Assembly: GCF_006345805.1 (NCBI RefSeq)
Contig: NC_043002.1
Location: forward strand, 48,112,001 to 48,176,000
Direction: 5' to 3'
Source: Octopus sinensis
Taxonomy: Eukaryota
DNA length: 64,000 nucleotides
The translations under genes and the position numbers were made by a program. The notes beneath the pieces were generated by a model. The model was not told the origin of the DNA. It did not search any database and worked only from the letters and a program-made list of their open reading frames with translations. Below are positions 50,250 to 64,000 of the stretch, piece by piece (the first letter of the stretch is position 1; each line of letters begins with the position of its first letter).

Positions 50250-50420
50250 CACACATGATGGGCTTCCACATAATTTCTGTCTACCAAATTCACTCATAAG
50301 GCATTGGTTGGCTTGGGGCTGTAGCAAAAGATACTTGCCCATGGAGCCATGCAGTGTAATTGAACCCAAAACAGCATGGCTGCAAAGTGAGCTTCTTAAT
50401 CACACAGACAGACCTGTACC
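50250..50420 (-). mobile_element. Family A SINE 5' part
   Basis: tctaccaaattcactcataaggcattgg..acttgccc..gaaccc..cacacag. Confidence 0.75.
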
Positions 50421-53126
50421 TATAAATAATAAATCTTAAAAAAAAAACTTGATAGTTTGTCATAATACATTTAGCACCTTATTCAATGTACAAGAGACAG
50501 AAAAGTATTAAAAGTGACTGCTCTTATTTATCACCACATCTAGAACTATACTTAAATTTTGTTTCTGTTCATTTTTACCATGTCTCTGATACTATAGCTA
50601 CACAAATATATGATAATACTTCTACTTCAAAAGTAAATCTTCCCTTTCTTTTCCATTTATATGTTATTTATATATTAAAAATAGACATATAATATGTTTG
50701 AATAAAGGAAAACATTACAATGATTGAATAGCAAGCAAAATAATAAATTACTTATTCTGATATGACTACCAATTGTTTATTCTAAAAAGAAAAAAAAAAA
50801 TTCTCGAAATGTCTGAATTTCATATTATACACCATGATATTTTTATATTAAAATATTTACAGTCTGTTATTCAATATTTATTCGTACAACATTTATTGCG
50901 TTCAGTTATTTTGCTTGTTATCCTATATTGAAATTATGACCTTTAATTTGAAATATTTCTTTTTTATAACTTTATATAAAACTTTTTTAATGTCTATAGA
51001 TTAGATATCTTGTTAACTGTGCAATAGCAACAATTAAATCATATTTATCATTTCACAAAAAGTTACTACTAAAACAATGCACTTTAAGTGACAAGTTTTA
51101 TGAACACTAATAATATCTGTCATATCGTTAAGCAATTAAAGTTTGGGTAGGTTAGATAGGTAAATAGTATCAGCTTTATTAGTTTTTCTTCCATTTTATG
51201 GAAATGAAATTTTCATTACTATCATTCTTTTCATATAGTATAATATTTAATGAAGCCTACTGAAATGACAAAAAGAGTAAAGCGTAAAGCACTGGAATTT
51301 ATTTCACCAAGATGACAGAACTGGTAGAGCAATAAATTAAATTCCATGCGGTAATAAGTTCAAATCCCAAATTCAAACTCTGCAGACATCGGTTTCTACC
51401 TCTTTGTATGTCAATAAACTAAGAACCAGTTAAACACATTGATTTACCAACTGTTCTCTCACCCAAATTTATAGCTTTGTGTCAGTGTTAAAAATTATTT
51501 ACTTTTTCCTTTGTGAGGTTCAAAGACTATTCTTACAAAGCTGATAATGTAAGCATGAATCAAATCCTAAGAAAGAAACTATCAGAAACAAGCAAAATTC
51601 ATTGCATTCCTTTTATTTTTCATTTTTATTTTTCAGTTAGCAAAGCTATTCGGTAATAAAAGTATACAAAAAGGGTTTTATGTCACCATTGAAAACCAGT
51701 TGATTATATAGTATAGTGTCTAACACGAGATCACTTTCCTATTTTCTTCATATTTTTTAGGTGCAGCATTGAGATTAATGATTTTGGGATTTCAGAATAG
51801 CATTATAACAGTAATGTGGTTTATAATTAAGAAGGGTGAAAGGCTATTTCAAAACTACTACGTGTGTGTGTGTGTGTGTAATGTAGTGGGTTAAAATATA
51901 TATATATATGAATCAATGGGAGGCGCAGACGTTTGTCTACTCAAAAAAAATAACAAGAAAAATAATGAATGAAATATGTTTTAAAATAAAGTAGAGAGAA
52001 TGGTAATATAGTATTATTGTTATTAATTGTAAAGAAGGATCTCTTGGATTTCCTAACTTTTAACAGATGGTAAGTTTTAACAACTATTTCTTTCCCAAAC
52101 AGCATATTGTATATATTCAACAAGCTTTTACTTACATATTAGTACACAATTTTTTTTGATATGCTGTTGGATATTGTTTAACGTTGACTAAAATATAATT
52201 ATTAATGTAGATATGAATAACTGGATAGCAAGATTCATTAATAACATAGATATACACAGGAAAAAGAAGATTATTAAATGTTAGCAAAGCAAATATTTTA
52301 GTCATATATTTTAAAAGACACATCCCATAAATAAGACTAATTATTTTCCAGTTCACTAGCATCTCATAGGGATATTTCTTTGTATAGAAATGAAGCCAAA
52401 GCATTTTCAGAAAACAGGTAGAAAATAAAGTTGTAATATTCATGCCTTTTTTAAACATATCAGTTGAAAGAAAGCGACATGATTCCTGTTGGGATTATAG
52501 AAAGAAAACATTGATTTGCTTATAACTTGCTGTCAAAATGAAACTAAGCTGCAGATGTAATGAATGTTATCGAATGACCTTAAATAGCGCTCTTGGAGAA
52601 AATTTATATTACAGGAAGAGATAGAGGTTCACTATATTGTGCATGACAGGTTTTCATCTCATCTGATGTTGTAAGATATCAGCATATTGATCTGAATCAA
52701 ACTTTATAGATTAAGTTTGTTCTTAAATCTTGGTTATCTGATCTTTATTATGAATGAGCCTTTATAAGATTAAGACATAAACATATTGGTTTCTAAGTAA
52801 AACATGCATTAAGCACTAGATTCTTTTAAGCAACAGAAAATAGGTAGTTATGACATTTACTGTTTTTAAAGAGAGAAATAATTGTGTCTATCAAACAAAA
52901 TGAAGTGTGTATCTTTTTCATAAAAACTTTTGCAAATGATTGAGCAATGCAAAGATAACAAAACTAAATCAACTAAATTCTTCTTCTACCAAATTCATTC
53001 ACAATATTGAAATGATGATTAATATATCTTCTAAATTAAATGTTCATCTATGACACATTAATTATTCCTCAGATTATTTATTTTTTCCTTTACCAATCTA
53101 AAAGAGATTTTTTTTTTCATAATCAG

Positions 53127-53206
53127 CAATGCAGCTCCTTTTAGATCACAAACTGGAGAGTACAAGTGAGATCAATGTAGTTAATATGGAGCTTAAACAG
53201 TTGAAG
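53127..53206 (+). other. Candidate 80-nt coding exon (unverified)
   Basis: Acceptor ttttttttttcataatcag|, open frame xAMQLLLDHKLESTSEINVVNMELKQLK, donor aag|gttagg; no homology recognised. Confidence 0.25.
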
Positions 53207-55269
53207 GTTAGGGTATTATGAGGACAAAGGATTGAAAATTCTCTATAGGATAAATGTTTCACATAGAGTGTAAGCAAGTGTTAGAGGGAGACATGGAGAA
53301 GAAGAATTTTGCTATATATGATGGTTTTTATGTGAAAGCAGAGAAGAGCCTACAAAATATGAAACAAAACCTTTTATATTAGTCATATATAGAGAGAGTT
53401 CATTGAATGAATGGATTGAAGATTTGCCTTTCCAGGAATAAAGCTTAAGTTTGACTACAGAATTTCATAATAGTTGAGGATGAGAGGGTCAAAGCTGTCT
53501 GGGGATTACACATTTCTAAAGATATTCAAATTTCTTGATTCAGTTGTAAGGTTCAGAAGCTAGAAATATATGCTAACATCTAGTAATAAATTACTATATA
53601 AAGATGGTGAAGAATGTAAAATCTGTCTTCCTCAATAAACAGTAGATTCTTTGTCTTGAAATTTTGTAAGTTTCTTAGAACAAACATGCTATTTTATATA
53701 CATTTTTCTTTCTATTATTCTTTTTCTCTTATCTTTCATTGTACAATAACTTTTTCATTGATATCCTCTTTCATGGTACAAGTTTTATGTTTAAACTGTG
53801 ATGAAAGTCATTCATATCAAGTTTAAAGTAAGCTAATGGCTTGACCTTTTTAGTGCTAATTGTAGTACTCTACTTGGCAGGTGATGTCATATAAGGCATG
53901 TTGCTATATTCATTCACTTTTATAAGACTAAATCCAGCTTGTGATCTGCTGAGAGAATTTGTAATCTGACAAAACAGAGGGTCTTTTCATATCTTTTATA
54001 TGATATAAACACTGCAAATCTGTTACTCTATGCAACTCACACATACCCAAGGAAAGGCAACTGAATAATAGAGAAAAACAATTGAAAGAGAGAGAGAGAG
54101 AGAGGCAACTGAACAATTAAAACGAGACTTTCACTTGCATATATCTTAAGAAAATACATCCTTTTTTCAGTTGATGTGCAGTTTGTTTTCACAATTTCTC
54201 ATTTCTTTAGGACAGTTGACACTTCTCACTTATAATGTCCTCATATCTTGACAGAAGGAAAACAGGTTTCATCCTACAAATGCCCATTGAAATTAAGGAG
54301 GTGTGAGCATGTGTAGGAGGAATGAATAGTTTATTTGCCAATTATATGGCACAGAAAATCACAAGATTCACTCAATAGCCAACGTGACAAAATGCTTCCC
54401 AGTCACTAAAATATTTCTTGTAGATTACTTTAAGATGTATAATTTACTAAGAATAGATCCAATACTTAATTTTTCTTCTTTTACAAGATAATTGCGCTCT
54501 TGTGTTCACTTCTACACTAATTCCAATTTTGCCTATGATGCAGGTAAACTGTGTACCTAACTCATATTATCAATAGTTTAATCCATTACATTAATTACTT
54601 CTAAAAGTGTATGTGTTTATACATATATATATATATACACACACACACACATACACATGCACAGGTATTCACTCTCACACACATAAATGCTAGCAGAATT
54701 TTATACTTGGGATGTGAACTCTAATGTTACTTTGTAGTCTTTTGTAATTAGTAGCCATATAAGATATGCAACTGTAATGTGTTGAACATCAACAGGATTT
54801 GAAGCAAAAATAAAACTGAAATAATTCAATATTAAAGCAAGCGGTGGAGTGTAGGCAATAACAAAAAGCAATCAAAAGCACTTTAACAGCATTTTTGCAT
54901 TAGTAATGTGTTGACACAATTGCTATTTGCATTTAAAATATTTTTCCTCATCTTAAGATAAGATTTAAGATTAAATTTACAGGAGAAAGAAATTGATAGA
55001 AACTTGGCTTTTTACCTTTTATTCTCTTATCAGCTTCAACCATTAAACTAAGGCTATGCTGGGGCACCACTTTCAAAATTTTTACTTAATTAGATTTATT
55101 TGTTTTTTAGTTTGTTACTTATTTTAAGGGTCTCTTTTGAGTGGACGTGTTTAATTTTTTGGCTTAAAATGATCTAGCACTATATCTGAATACCAGAAGG
55201 TATTTGTTTGAAATTCACTGACATTTTACATAAACATGCACACACAACAACAACAATAAAACGAACTTC

Positions 55270-55410
55270 CTCACAATTTTTGTCAACCAAATTACATTCA
55301 TATGACATTGATTAATCTTTGGGCTGTGGTAGAAAGAAACACTTGCCCAAAGTAACATGAATTGTGATTGAACTATGTGATTCCAAGTGAGGTTCTTCAT
55401 TACACCACCA
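55270..55410 (-). mobile_element. Degenerate family A SINE 5' part
   Basis: acacttgcccaaag..ttgaacta..ttacaccacc. Confidence 0.6.
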
Positions 55411-57212
55411 TGATCTTATTTTATAAACATGAAGAGAAAAAAAATCAAGTGTATATGTAATAAGGAACACACACAAACCCATAACTTTAATGGTTAAGAA
55501 ATTATTATAAGTTTAAATATAAATTTTTATCTAAATTATAAGAGGAAAGATTTTGCAAGATTCTTTTCTTGATACATTCTGTGTTTAGTAATTAACTAAC
55601 AACGAAGATTACCCAACCATTTACTAGTCAATTCTGTGTGCATTCTAGAAAAGAAAAGAAAACTTTTATTGAAATTCCACTGTCTATATCCAGTTCATTA
55701 TAAATAACCTTGTATAAGATGACACTATATATGGATAAGAAATAGAAGCTACTTCTGCTGAAGCAAACCACTCATTTAATATGGGTATCAGACGTTACAT
55801 TACTATGAACAGAAACTTATGGATATTGACATAATGCATGACCTAGCAAAGAGAATGTGTGTCATCAGCAACCAGTATATCAGCTCTTTTGAGGAAACTT
55901 ATGCTTGCTTTTTCTTTTTCTCTTTTTTTTATAGAATTTGAAGTTGACAATGGGCCCAGCAATACTGTTTGTCTAGAGTTACTTCATCAGCTGTCATCCC
56001 TGTCTTTTTCCCTCTGGAACAGCACATAAAGTGTTAAGTGGAGTAAGAATAAGATAATGTGAAAGGAAGATTTCAGTTATTATCAGGGAGACAATATTTG
56101 CTTCCTAAATGTTTACTGTGAGTAGACAGTAATTTGTGCATATGTCAGTAGCAGTTAATCTTTCTAAATTGTTTGTGATGCTTCACGAATTTAAACAGCA
56201 AATGGCTTTTAGATTAACAGAAGGAAATTCAATATTTGGCAAATGAGCTACAAAATACCTTAATGGCTTCAGTTAATCTTTGTTTACGACAAACTAAATG
56301 GTCTGATTAGATTAGCATTTTGGAAACAAGGTTAATCCAGTAATGTAGTATAAAATACCAAAACTTAGAATCTAAGCAGGAACAACAGCAAAACTATCCA
56401 GCAAATGCCAAAAAATTAATGAAAATATAGTTTTAAAAGATCTGTGTTGCTAATGAATGCACTTTACTGATAATCATATGGTTTAACATTTTTCACATGC
56501 AATATATAAAACTTCTCATGCAACCTATATTTTCAAGCTCAAGAAGCATTAACAGATATTTTTCTTTAGCGGCAGTATTCTACAAACTTTAGTATAATGA
56601 GAGCAGTTGACTTATTTAGTAAATATCCAAAGTAAAAGTTTGAAAGCTCACTTTCTAAAGGATTATTTAAATAAGCTATATTGCAGAATACAGGAATCAC
56701 CTTGGAACAAGTGATAAGAAAGGCAAGGTGTATGAGTAGTTTCACTTCTTTATTGTAATCATCATAAGCCTTTCATTTACTTTTCTAACATAACCCCCTC
56801 CCCCTCAAAAAAAAACAGCAACATGAATGTCACATATCTTCAGTGTGTTGTGTGAAAGAAACAATTAATTATATATCAAAGACTGTTATTTGAATACAAT
56901 TAAAGTGAGATTACTATACTGATCAATATTAAAACAGCAACAGTTTTTTAAGTTAATACATCTGGGTCTTATCAGCATATTGAATTCTATTTACAATGTA
57001 TGATTAAAACAAACGACTGTGTAATTAATATAAAATTGTATCCTATCAATTTTATTCCAGCTTTTTTAAAAAGTATTTCTCACAAGCATTTAAGAAATAT
57101 ATTAGTGTAATTATCTAATATTTTTTGTTCTAAAATATTCAACCATAATGCAATGCATATAATCATTTTCAAATCTAATGAAATAAAATGAATATTTTAG
57201 AAATATTTATAG

Positions 57213-57430
57213 ATATGTGGTTAAGAAGTTTGCTTCTCAACATTGTGGTTGCAGATTCAATCCCATTGTGTAGCATCTTGGACAAGTATCTTCTAATATA
57301 TCCCTAGGCCAACTAAAACCTTGTGAGTGGAATTGGTAGATGAAAACTGAAAGAAGCCTATCATATATATATATGCATGAACATGTCATCTGATCCATGC
57401 AAACATGGAAAAATGAATATTGAAATAATG
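57213..57430 (+). mobile_element. Family A SINE head plus RTE-type tail
   Basis: tgtggttaagaagtttgc..gattcaatccc..ttgtgagtggaattggtagatgaaaactgaaagaagc..ccatgcaaacatggaaaa. Confidence 0.7.
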
Positions 57431-59449
57431 ATGAAAATAAAGACGAACAAAAATTTGAACTATAGCAGAATTTTCTTATTTCTTCCTTTAATTTTTTGAT
57501 CTTAGGGGTCTTCTTAAAAATTACAATGGGAACTACAGTCTGTTGAAGCATAAGACCAAGCAGGACAATTTTTAATTGAAACAATTTGATAATAATTCCC
57601 ACTAGTGTGTCAGCATAGCTTTCAATAGCCTTCGCTGATAGTCTGTCATTGTATCGATTATGTCTTCCAAATTTTTGTTCAACTTCGTTGATTCAATATT
57701 TTAAAATAATCTCAAGTACCACTTTAAATGTTAAGATACCAAAAATCCAGAAATCACACTTGGAATTTGATCAAGTAAACTCTTTGAAGCAAAAGTGAAT
57801 AAACTACTAAACAAAAAAAAAAAAATATATCACATGACAACACTTTAGATTTGATTTGCTTACTATCTCAGCCATTTTCTTTTACTAGTTAAAGCCATTT
57901 AAGGAATACAAATCATGATGCCAGATGAAATCTTACACGAGAAATTGGATTTAAATTAGATATATGTGACAAAAATTCAATAAAAATACAATATATTGAA
58001 ATATAAAAAGATTACATAAAACAATAAAACTATGAAAATGGTTTTGTTTTGTGAAAACCTGTTTATTAAAATGCTAGAGAAATTTGAAAATGATTTTGTA
58101 AAAGAAAGTCTAAAAATTATTTCAATATATTAAAAAAAATAAGGATGAAAAAATTCATATTTCCTGGAATAGTATTTCAATTTATAAAAAAAGCAATTAG
58201 CCATCTGGAAAATTGGAATGCGAGACGTGACAATATTATGATTGAAGAGAAATTTTTAACTATTTGTTAAATTAAACATTCAACAACAAATAAAAAGAAA
58301 ATATGGAAAATGTTTATTACTTTCTGAAATCTGTTTTCCCATTGAATTATTGTTATTATTGTTTTTAATTGATTAGAGCATAAACAGTGGCTACAATTTC
58401 ATTTCACCTAAATTATACAGTTGACAGAAGAAAATCCATTTTTATAGAAGAAAATATCAGGAGAAAGCATACCTGTGCAATTGAAAAAACATTTTTGATT
58501 TATATTTGATTCGTAAATTTCGTGTAAACCAGTGAGATAATTTTTTAATCTAAGTCATGTAATCTATACATTTTTAATGAAAAATTTACATTCTTTTTAA
58601 TATGAGCCAATATTTATTTGAAGGATATTCTCTCACAAGCACAATTTTTATGAGAAAATAATTTCTATACAAACTTTTCTGTTTAAGTTTTCTACACGAT
58701 ACATTGAAAAATCTACTTTTCATCAAATTAAACATATAAGCAGTATTATAATTATGTATTTGATAACTGTATTTAATACATATATTTAGTATCTATTTTT
58801 TACATATTCAAAAGTTGGAAATTTTTAAGAAGCATTTATAAATTTACTTGCTTCATCTGATAAATAATTTCTTCCTAATGAGCACACAAGGTAAAAATTT
58901 AAGCATCATTGTAGCTGTTTGTTCATTTTGCATAAATTCTTTTCCATGCTAGTATGGGTTAGATGAATATATAATTGCTGAAACCTTTACTGTTGAATGC
59001 ATCATATCTTGAAAAGTATAGAGCCTGAAGATGATTTGTTGTTGGGGAATAACAACAGGCTTCAATATTTGTAGCTAAGTATCTTTTAATAAGAAGTGCA
59101 GAATGTAAATACACACATGCTTAAGGCTGACCAATGCCTTATGAATTAATTTACATAAAAGATACTGCAAGATATGATGCAATGGGACTGAATGCAAAAT
59201 CACATAGTTGAGAATCAAAATTCTCAACCACTCAGCAATGTATAAGAATTTCTTTGCTCATTAGTGAGGGAGATGTACACCATACATCCCTTGCCTTACC
59301 ACATGCATGCATTAAAGTCCTCTATACTGTACTCATATACAGTCATTCATACAATGGTGAACTTAAGTATTCACATATATATAAACACACAAATGCTCTC
59401 TCTCCCTCTCCCTCTCTCTCTCTCTCTCACTCACACACACATTTATACA

Positions 59450-60278
59450 CAGAGTGTTCAGGATAAATTTGACAATATCTTACATCTCCTTATTTAGGAA
59501 CAGCTTGATATGTTGGTGAACAGTCAATGGTATTGGAGAGCATAAAGGAGTGGAAGCCATCTGAATACTGGAAAAGAGTTACCTGTATGATGATGATATT
59601 TGGCAGCTATCAAAATGCCAACACCATGATTGCTTCTCAAGGTTCTGTACACATTGCAAAGGCTAGAAGATGTGATATGAATATCTGTAATGTAGACCCC
59701 AAACCTGTGGCTATCAGGGAGGCCACAAAAAGCATTCTGGTTGTGTCTGTAACCTGGAACCCATTCCCAAATCGTTGAACAGGGCTCAGTTCAGATGGCT
59801 ACATGGAGCTGTTGGAGATTGTGGTCAATTCCTGGGTGGAGAGGAGTGTTGCTGGAAGGCCATGTGTTACAGTAGGATCTGACTCCTTCTTGTAACTCGA
59901 AAAAGAATCAAAAGTGGCTGTTGGAGAATTCTTTTGATTTCACAAGTTCCAGTTTCTGGCCTCCTAATTCCTCCATTTGTAATCCCCTGGATTACTATCT
60001 ATGAGGTGCAGTTGAGAAAGACCTAACCACTCTACTTGCCATAGTAAGGCTAAGCTGATAACCAAGGGACACAGTGAGGAACACATGTGCCAGTTTCTGG
60101 AGCTATCATGAGGTGATGGTGGAAGTTGAGGGCTCTTACTTTGAATAAACTATTATCTCCCAGCCTCTTAGCCATAATCTAGTTATTTTTTTATTTTTTA
60201 AAATACTTTTATCTTTGAATGAGATATTGTCTTATTTTCTTTTATGCAAACTGTCAAATTTAGTCCAAATACCTTGTA
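59450..60278 (+). mobile_element. Tc1/mariner (maT/DD37D-like) remnant with TIRs
   Basis: 25-bp imperfect TIRs (59450-59474 / 60252-60276, 18/25 matches, TA on the right); decayed frames with tggcctcctaattcc (WPPNS) and CNPLDYYL*GAVEKD. Confidence 0.7.
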
Positions 60279-60554
60279 CACACACACATACACATGCATA
60301 ATCAAGAGAATTTATAAAGACACTCAACATCTTTGGCCATCTGTGTGGTGACTTAAGGAAGATAAAATTAATTATAACATAACTTGGTCCATAGTAAGGC
60401 ACACAAAGCCATATAGTATCATTTCCAGGAGGTACCAACTCTGCTCCAAGGAATCCCTGTCTATTCTGTTAACCAATGAGATTATTAATAGAATTTCTGA
60501 AAGATGCCTACATGCATATAAAAGTAGTTTCGCACAAAGTAGTGGGAATGAATT

Positions 60555-60735
60555 TGAGTAACTGTCACACCCTAGCAGTTGAGGGAACCTGTGGAAGAGG
60601 TAGACCCAGGAAGAGCTCGGATGAGGTGGGTAAAGTACAACCTTCGAACATTAGGCCTCACTGATGCAATGACTAGTGACTGAGACCTTTGGAAATATAC
60701 TGTGCTTGAGAAGACCCAGCAAGTCAAGTGGGACA
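60555..60735 (+). mobile_element. RTE LINE 3' fragment
   Basis: CHTLAVEGTCGRGRPRKSSDEV, same family as 20688. Confidence 0.8.
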
Positions 60736-62049
60736 TAACCTGTGGCCTATGCCATTGGGGTAACCCACTTTTCTTTCATTGGACTAAACTCTACTTGCGA
60801 AGATCTGTTGAGGCAAGACCTGTTGAGGCAGACTTGAAAGTAAGTTTTGTGAATTTTTGCACCAAAATAGTTCTGGTGAAGGTTCTAGAAACTTATTGAA
60901 TGTTATAATGGGCTGAGGATACTAAACTCCTGCAACAAACAACCCTAGGTGTTATGCGGAACTTTGTCAATTACCTTTTTATCATGTAAAAGTAGAATAA
61001 ACAGAAAGGTTACATACCCGGTGAATCAAAGCTATTTATTGTCTCATTCAGATTTGCAACTTTCACTAAACTAATTGCTTAACTATTACAGAATTAAATT
61101 TGTAATTCAAACAAATAATCTGAACTGCTTCTTGTCAATGTGTGAAGAGAATCTCTTTATGAAAATTTTCTATAAACTTACAAATTCTAATAATTATATT
61201 AGTGTTTCTGCTATTTGATTATTTCAGTTTAGTATGAAAATGTATCTGCAACTAATGAATAATTAGTTGTCTAGTAGAGTACCATTACAAGATTCAATTT
61301 TCTAATTGCATAGAGTAGCCTTTGTATTAAAACAGGACATGGATGTTTAAGATCGCAGACAGTTGGCATAGTGTACAACAATATTTCAGCTTATTCAATG
61401 ATGTTGTGTGCAGATCTTGAATTCCCAATTATTGATCCACAAAAAAAAAAGAAAATTCTGCTTTCTATATGAAGTACCTTTTTACTGGAGGTTATCTCCA
61501 GTACTCTTTTAAATATCAACTTTTTTTCAAAGGTTCTGAAGTTCTTTCCACAGGCTCAGTGTGAATTAGGTGATATTTTTGCACTGGGCATAAAAACCAT
61601 TTCCCTTTCTAGTACAAACCCAATCAATCATGCAGTTTTGTTTTGGTTACAGGTAATGAATATCTAATAGACAGATGCAATATGTACTGATTTGTGGTAA
61701 TCTAGGCTGATAAAAAGCAGAGAAAAACCAGCTGTGGGGTCTTTTTCCATCTTGTGAGTTATTTGGTGACTCCATTAATACTGTTTCTAGTAAAATGGAT
61801 GGTATTATAGGAAGGACATCCAGTCATAGAAAACTTTGCCAGAGCTTGATGCAGTCCACAAACTCAGTGGATCCTGTTGAACCATCCCACCCATGTTCAC
61901 ATGGAAGATGATGATAATTATGACGACAACAGTAACAATGATGATGGTGATGGTGTTGCAAGTCATACACATATGGTATTTATGTCTTATAACGGTTTTG
62001 AGGTTGTCTAACTTAAATTCTAAAAGAATTATGCACTTTAGTTGAATAT

Positions 62050-62458
62050 AGGTGTAGGAGTGGCTGTGTGGTAAGTAGCTTGCTTATGAACCACATGGTT
62101 GCGGGTTCAGTCCGACTGCATGGCACCTTGGGCAAATGTTTCTACTATAGCCTCGGGCCGACCAGAGACTTGTGAGTAGATTTAGCAGATGGAAACTGAA
62201 AGAAGCTTGTTGTATATATGTATAAATATGTATGTGTGTGTGTAAATGATTGTGTGTCTGTGTTTGTCCCCACCAACAATACTTGACAACCAATGCTGGT
62301 GTTTACGTCCCAGTAACTTAGCGGTTCGGCAAAAGAGACCAATAGAATAAGTACTAGGCTTACAAAGAATAAATCCTGGGGTCGATTTGCTCGACTAAAG
62401 GCAGTGCTCCAGCATGGCCACAGTCAAAATGACTGAAACATGTAAAAGAGTAAAAGAG
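62050..62458 (+). mobile_element. Full-length family A SINE
   Basis: Reverse complement of 19444-19835 and 48268-48704. Confidence 0.9.
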
Positions 62459-63516
62459 ATATTTTCAGTATTTTTTCATAACGGGTTATGGTCAGAAAAT
62501 AAGTTTGCAGTGTAGATAATTATTACATTACAATGATTTGTAATACCTTTGGTTCAAATCAAAAATGATTACCTTCAATTCCCAGACACTGCTTCAATAT
62601 TCACACTCCAGTTTAATCAATCAATGTACAGTCAACTGCCCAATGCACAGATAATTAATATAAAGTGAGAAGCATCTCTCCCAATATGCTGCAAAGTTTT
62701 AAGCACTAATTTTTTTACATGTTCTTACTCAAGATCAAGCAAATTGTAAATGAATGAAATACTTGGACAGAAATGATTAGATTGCTTACTATCATTATCC
62801 ATGTAAAGGAATATAATTTACGAAAATAATGATATTTAAAATATATTCTATTCTTACTTTGGAATCAAAGGCATTCAGATGCATCATATGTTATCTTGCT
62901 GCCAAAAGCTCACTTAATAATTCCTGAAATTATCTGAATTTGCAGAAGTATCTAACAATATAAAAATACTGTGAAAACAAATAGAAAAAGAAAAACTTTC
63001 ATCAATGAAGTCTGTTACTGAAATTATTTGTAAACAGAGATTTTAGGACACATTGGATAATGTACTTCTGAATGTAAGTCTGGATGCACTAAAGTTGAAA
63101 AAGATGGGAAAGTCAAAGCTAGAATGCTATTGGTTATACATTTGCTTGATCAGTGCTTATTAGGGCCAACCAGATTGATCTGTCAGATAAGATATTTGTT
63201 TCATTTTATTGTTAACATGCTTTCCTCTTAGCCCCATGACCTGGCTTTCCTTTGTTCTCTATCTGCCTAGATTTCCACAAAACAGCTACATATTGCATCT
63301 GTCTATTAAATATTAATTGCCTATTACTAAAACAAAGCTGTATCACTTCAGTTATTATATTAGTTTATAAGAACTAAAGTAAACATTTAAATGTTTAAAT
63401 TCTTCAGTGACCACTTAATGCCAACTTATCCGAACTAATAAACTTCTTTTACATTCATCCATTTATATGTCTGTATGTATGCATGTGTGTATACACACAC
63501 ATACACAAAATGTGTA

Positions 63517-63561
<45 letters not shown>

Positions 63562-64000
63562 GATTTAAACATGAGCTACTATAAATTTCATGTTTCTATA
63601 TAATATAGAAGGTAGATGAGCTTGTATGGTATGCTGTGACCTATCCTGCAATCCTTCTAGCTCAAAATAAGCATGGCTACTCTGAGAAAATGCGGCAAAG
63701 AATGGGGAAGAAAGAAAGAAAGATGACAAAGAAAGCTTGGAGGAAAGGGAGATAAGAGTTGTGACCCACTGGCCCATTAGAAGGGGAATTAACCATGGTT
63801 CATGGGGTTAATTTGATATGGAAATGTTAAAGCTTGTATGACTATATGCCTAACATGGAGAGGGTTGTATTCTCCAGTGCAATAGTTGAAACCTGTTAAG
63901 ATATTTGCATTTTATGAAAATCTGTGATCTTGAATGAAATAGATCAAAGAAGTTCTTAGATTTGAAGATATGAGTCCTTTCAGCTATACAAAGCCTGCAC

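Overview
AT-rich eukaryotic genomic DNA (intronic or intergenic) with no host coding exon I can confidently support. The repeat content, abundant tRNA-derived SINEs with internal CA/TA tracts, RTE LINE 3' ends with (ATG)n tails and (TA)n/(CA)n/(GATA)n microsatellites, suggests an octopus or other coleoid cephalopod; this is an inference. Most ORFs in the supplied track are artefacts of microsatellites or SINEs. The main signal is a dense set of Penelope-like elements (PLEs) and non-coding relatives carrying hammerhead ribozyme (HHR) motifs, mostly inserted in (TA)n: (i) an old RT+GIY-YIG PLE with ~0.9 kb inverted arms (4150-7196); (ii) a young RT-less PLE with an open Asn-rich/GIY-YIG ORF and 452-bp inverted pseudo-LTRs, each holding an intact type I HHR (7462-10568); (iii) a non-coding retrozyme-like element made of interleaved inverted repeats (A-x-B-A'-y-B') that reconstructs to a ~484-nt permuted monomer with an HHR (19864-20691); (iv) a ~75-nt HHR micro-family, including a head-to-head pair (50064-50225) and a copy attached to a decayed PLE (39040-39748); (v) further PLE remnants and tails. 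Also present are RTE and CR1-like LINE fragments, two mariner remnants, a maT/DD37D-like remnant, Helitron-like non-autonomous elements, a MITE, and a 102-bp locally templated insertion inside an RTE. All structures were read by eye; identities are manual estimates and ribozyme activity is untested.
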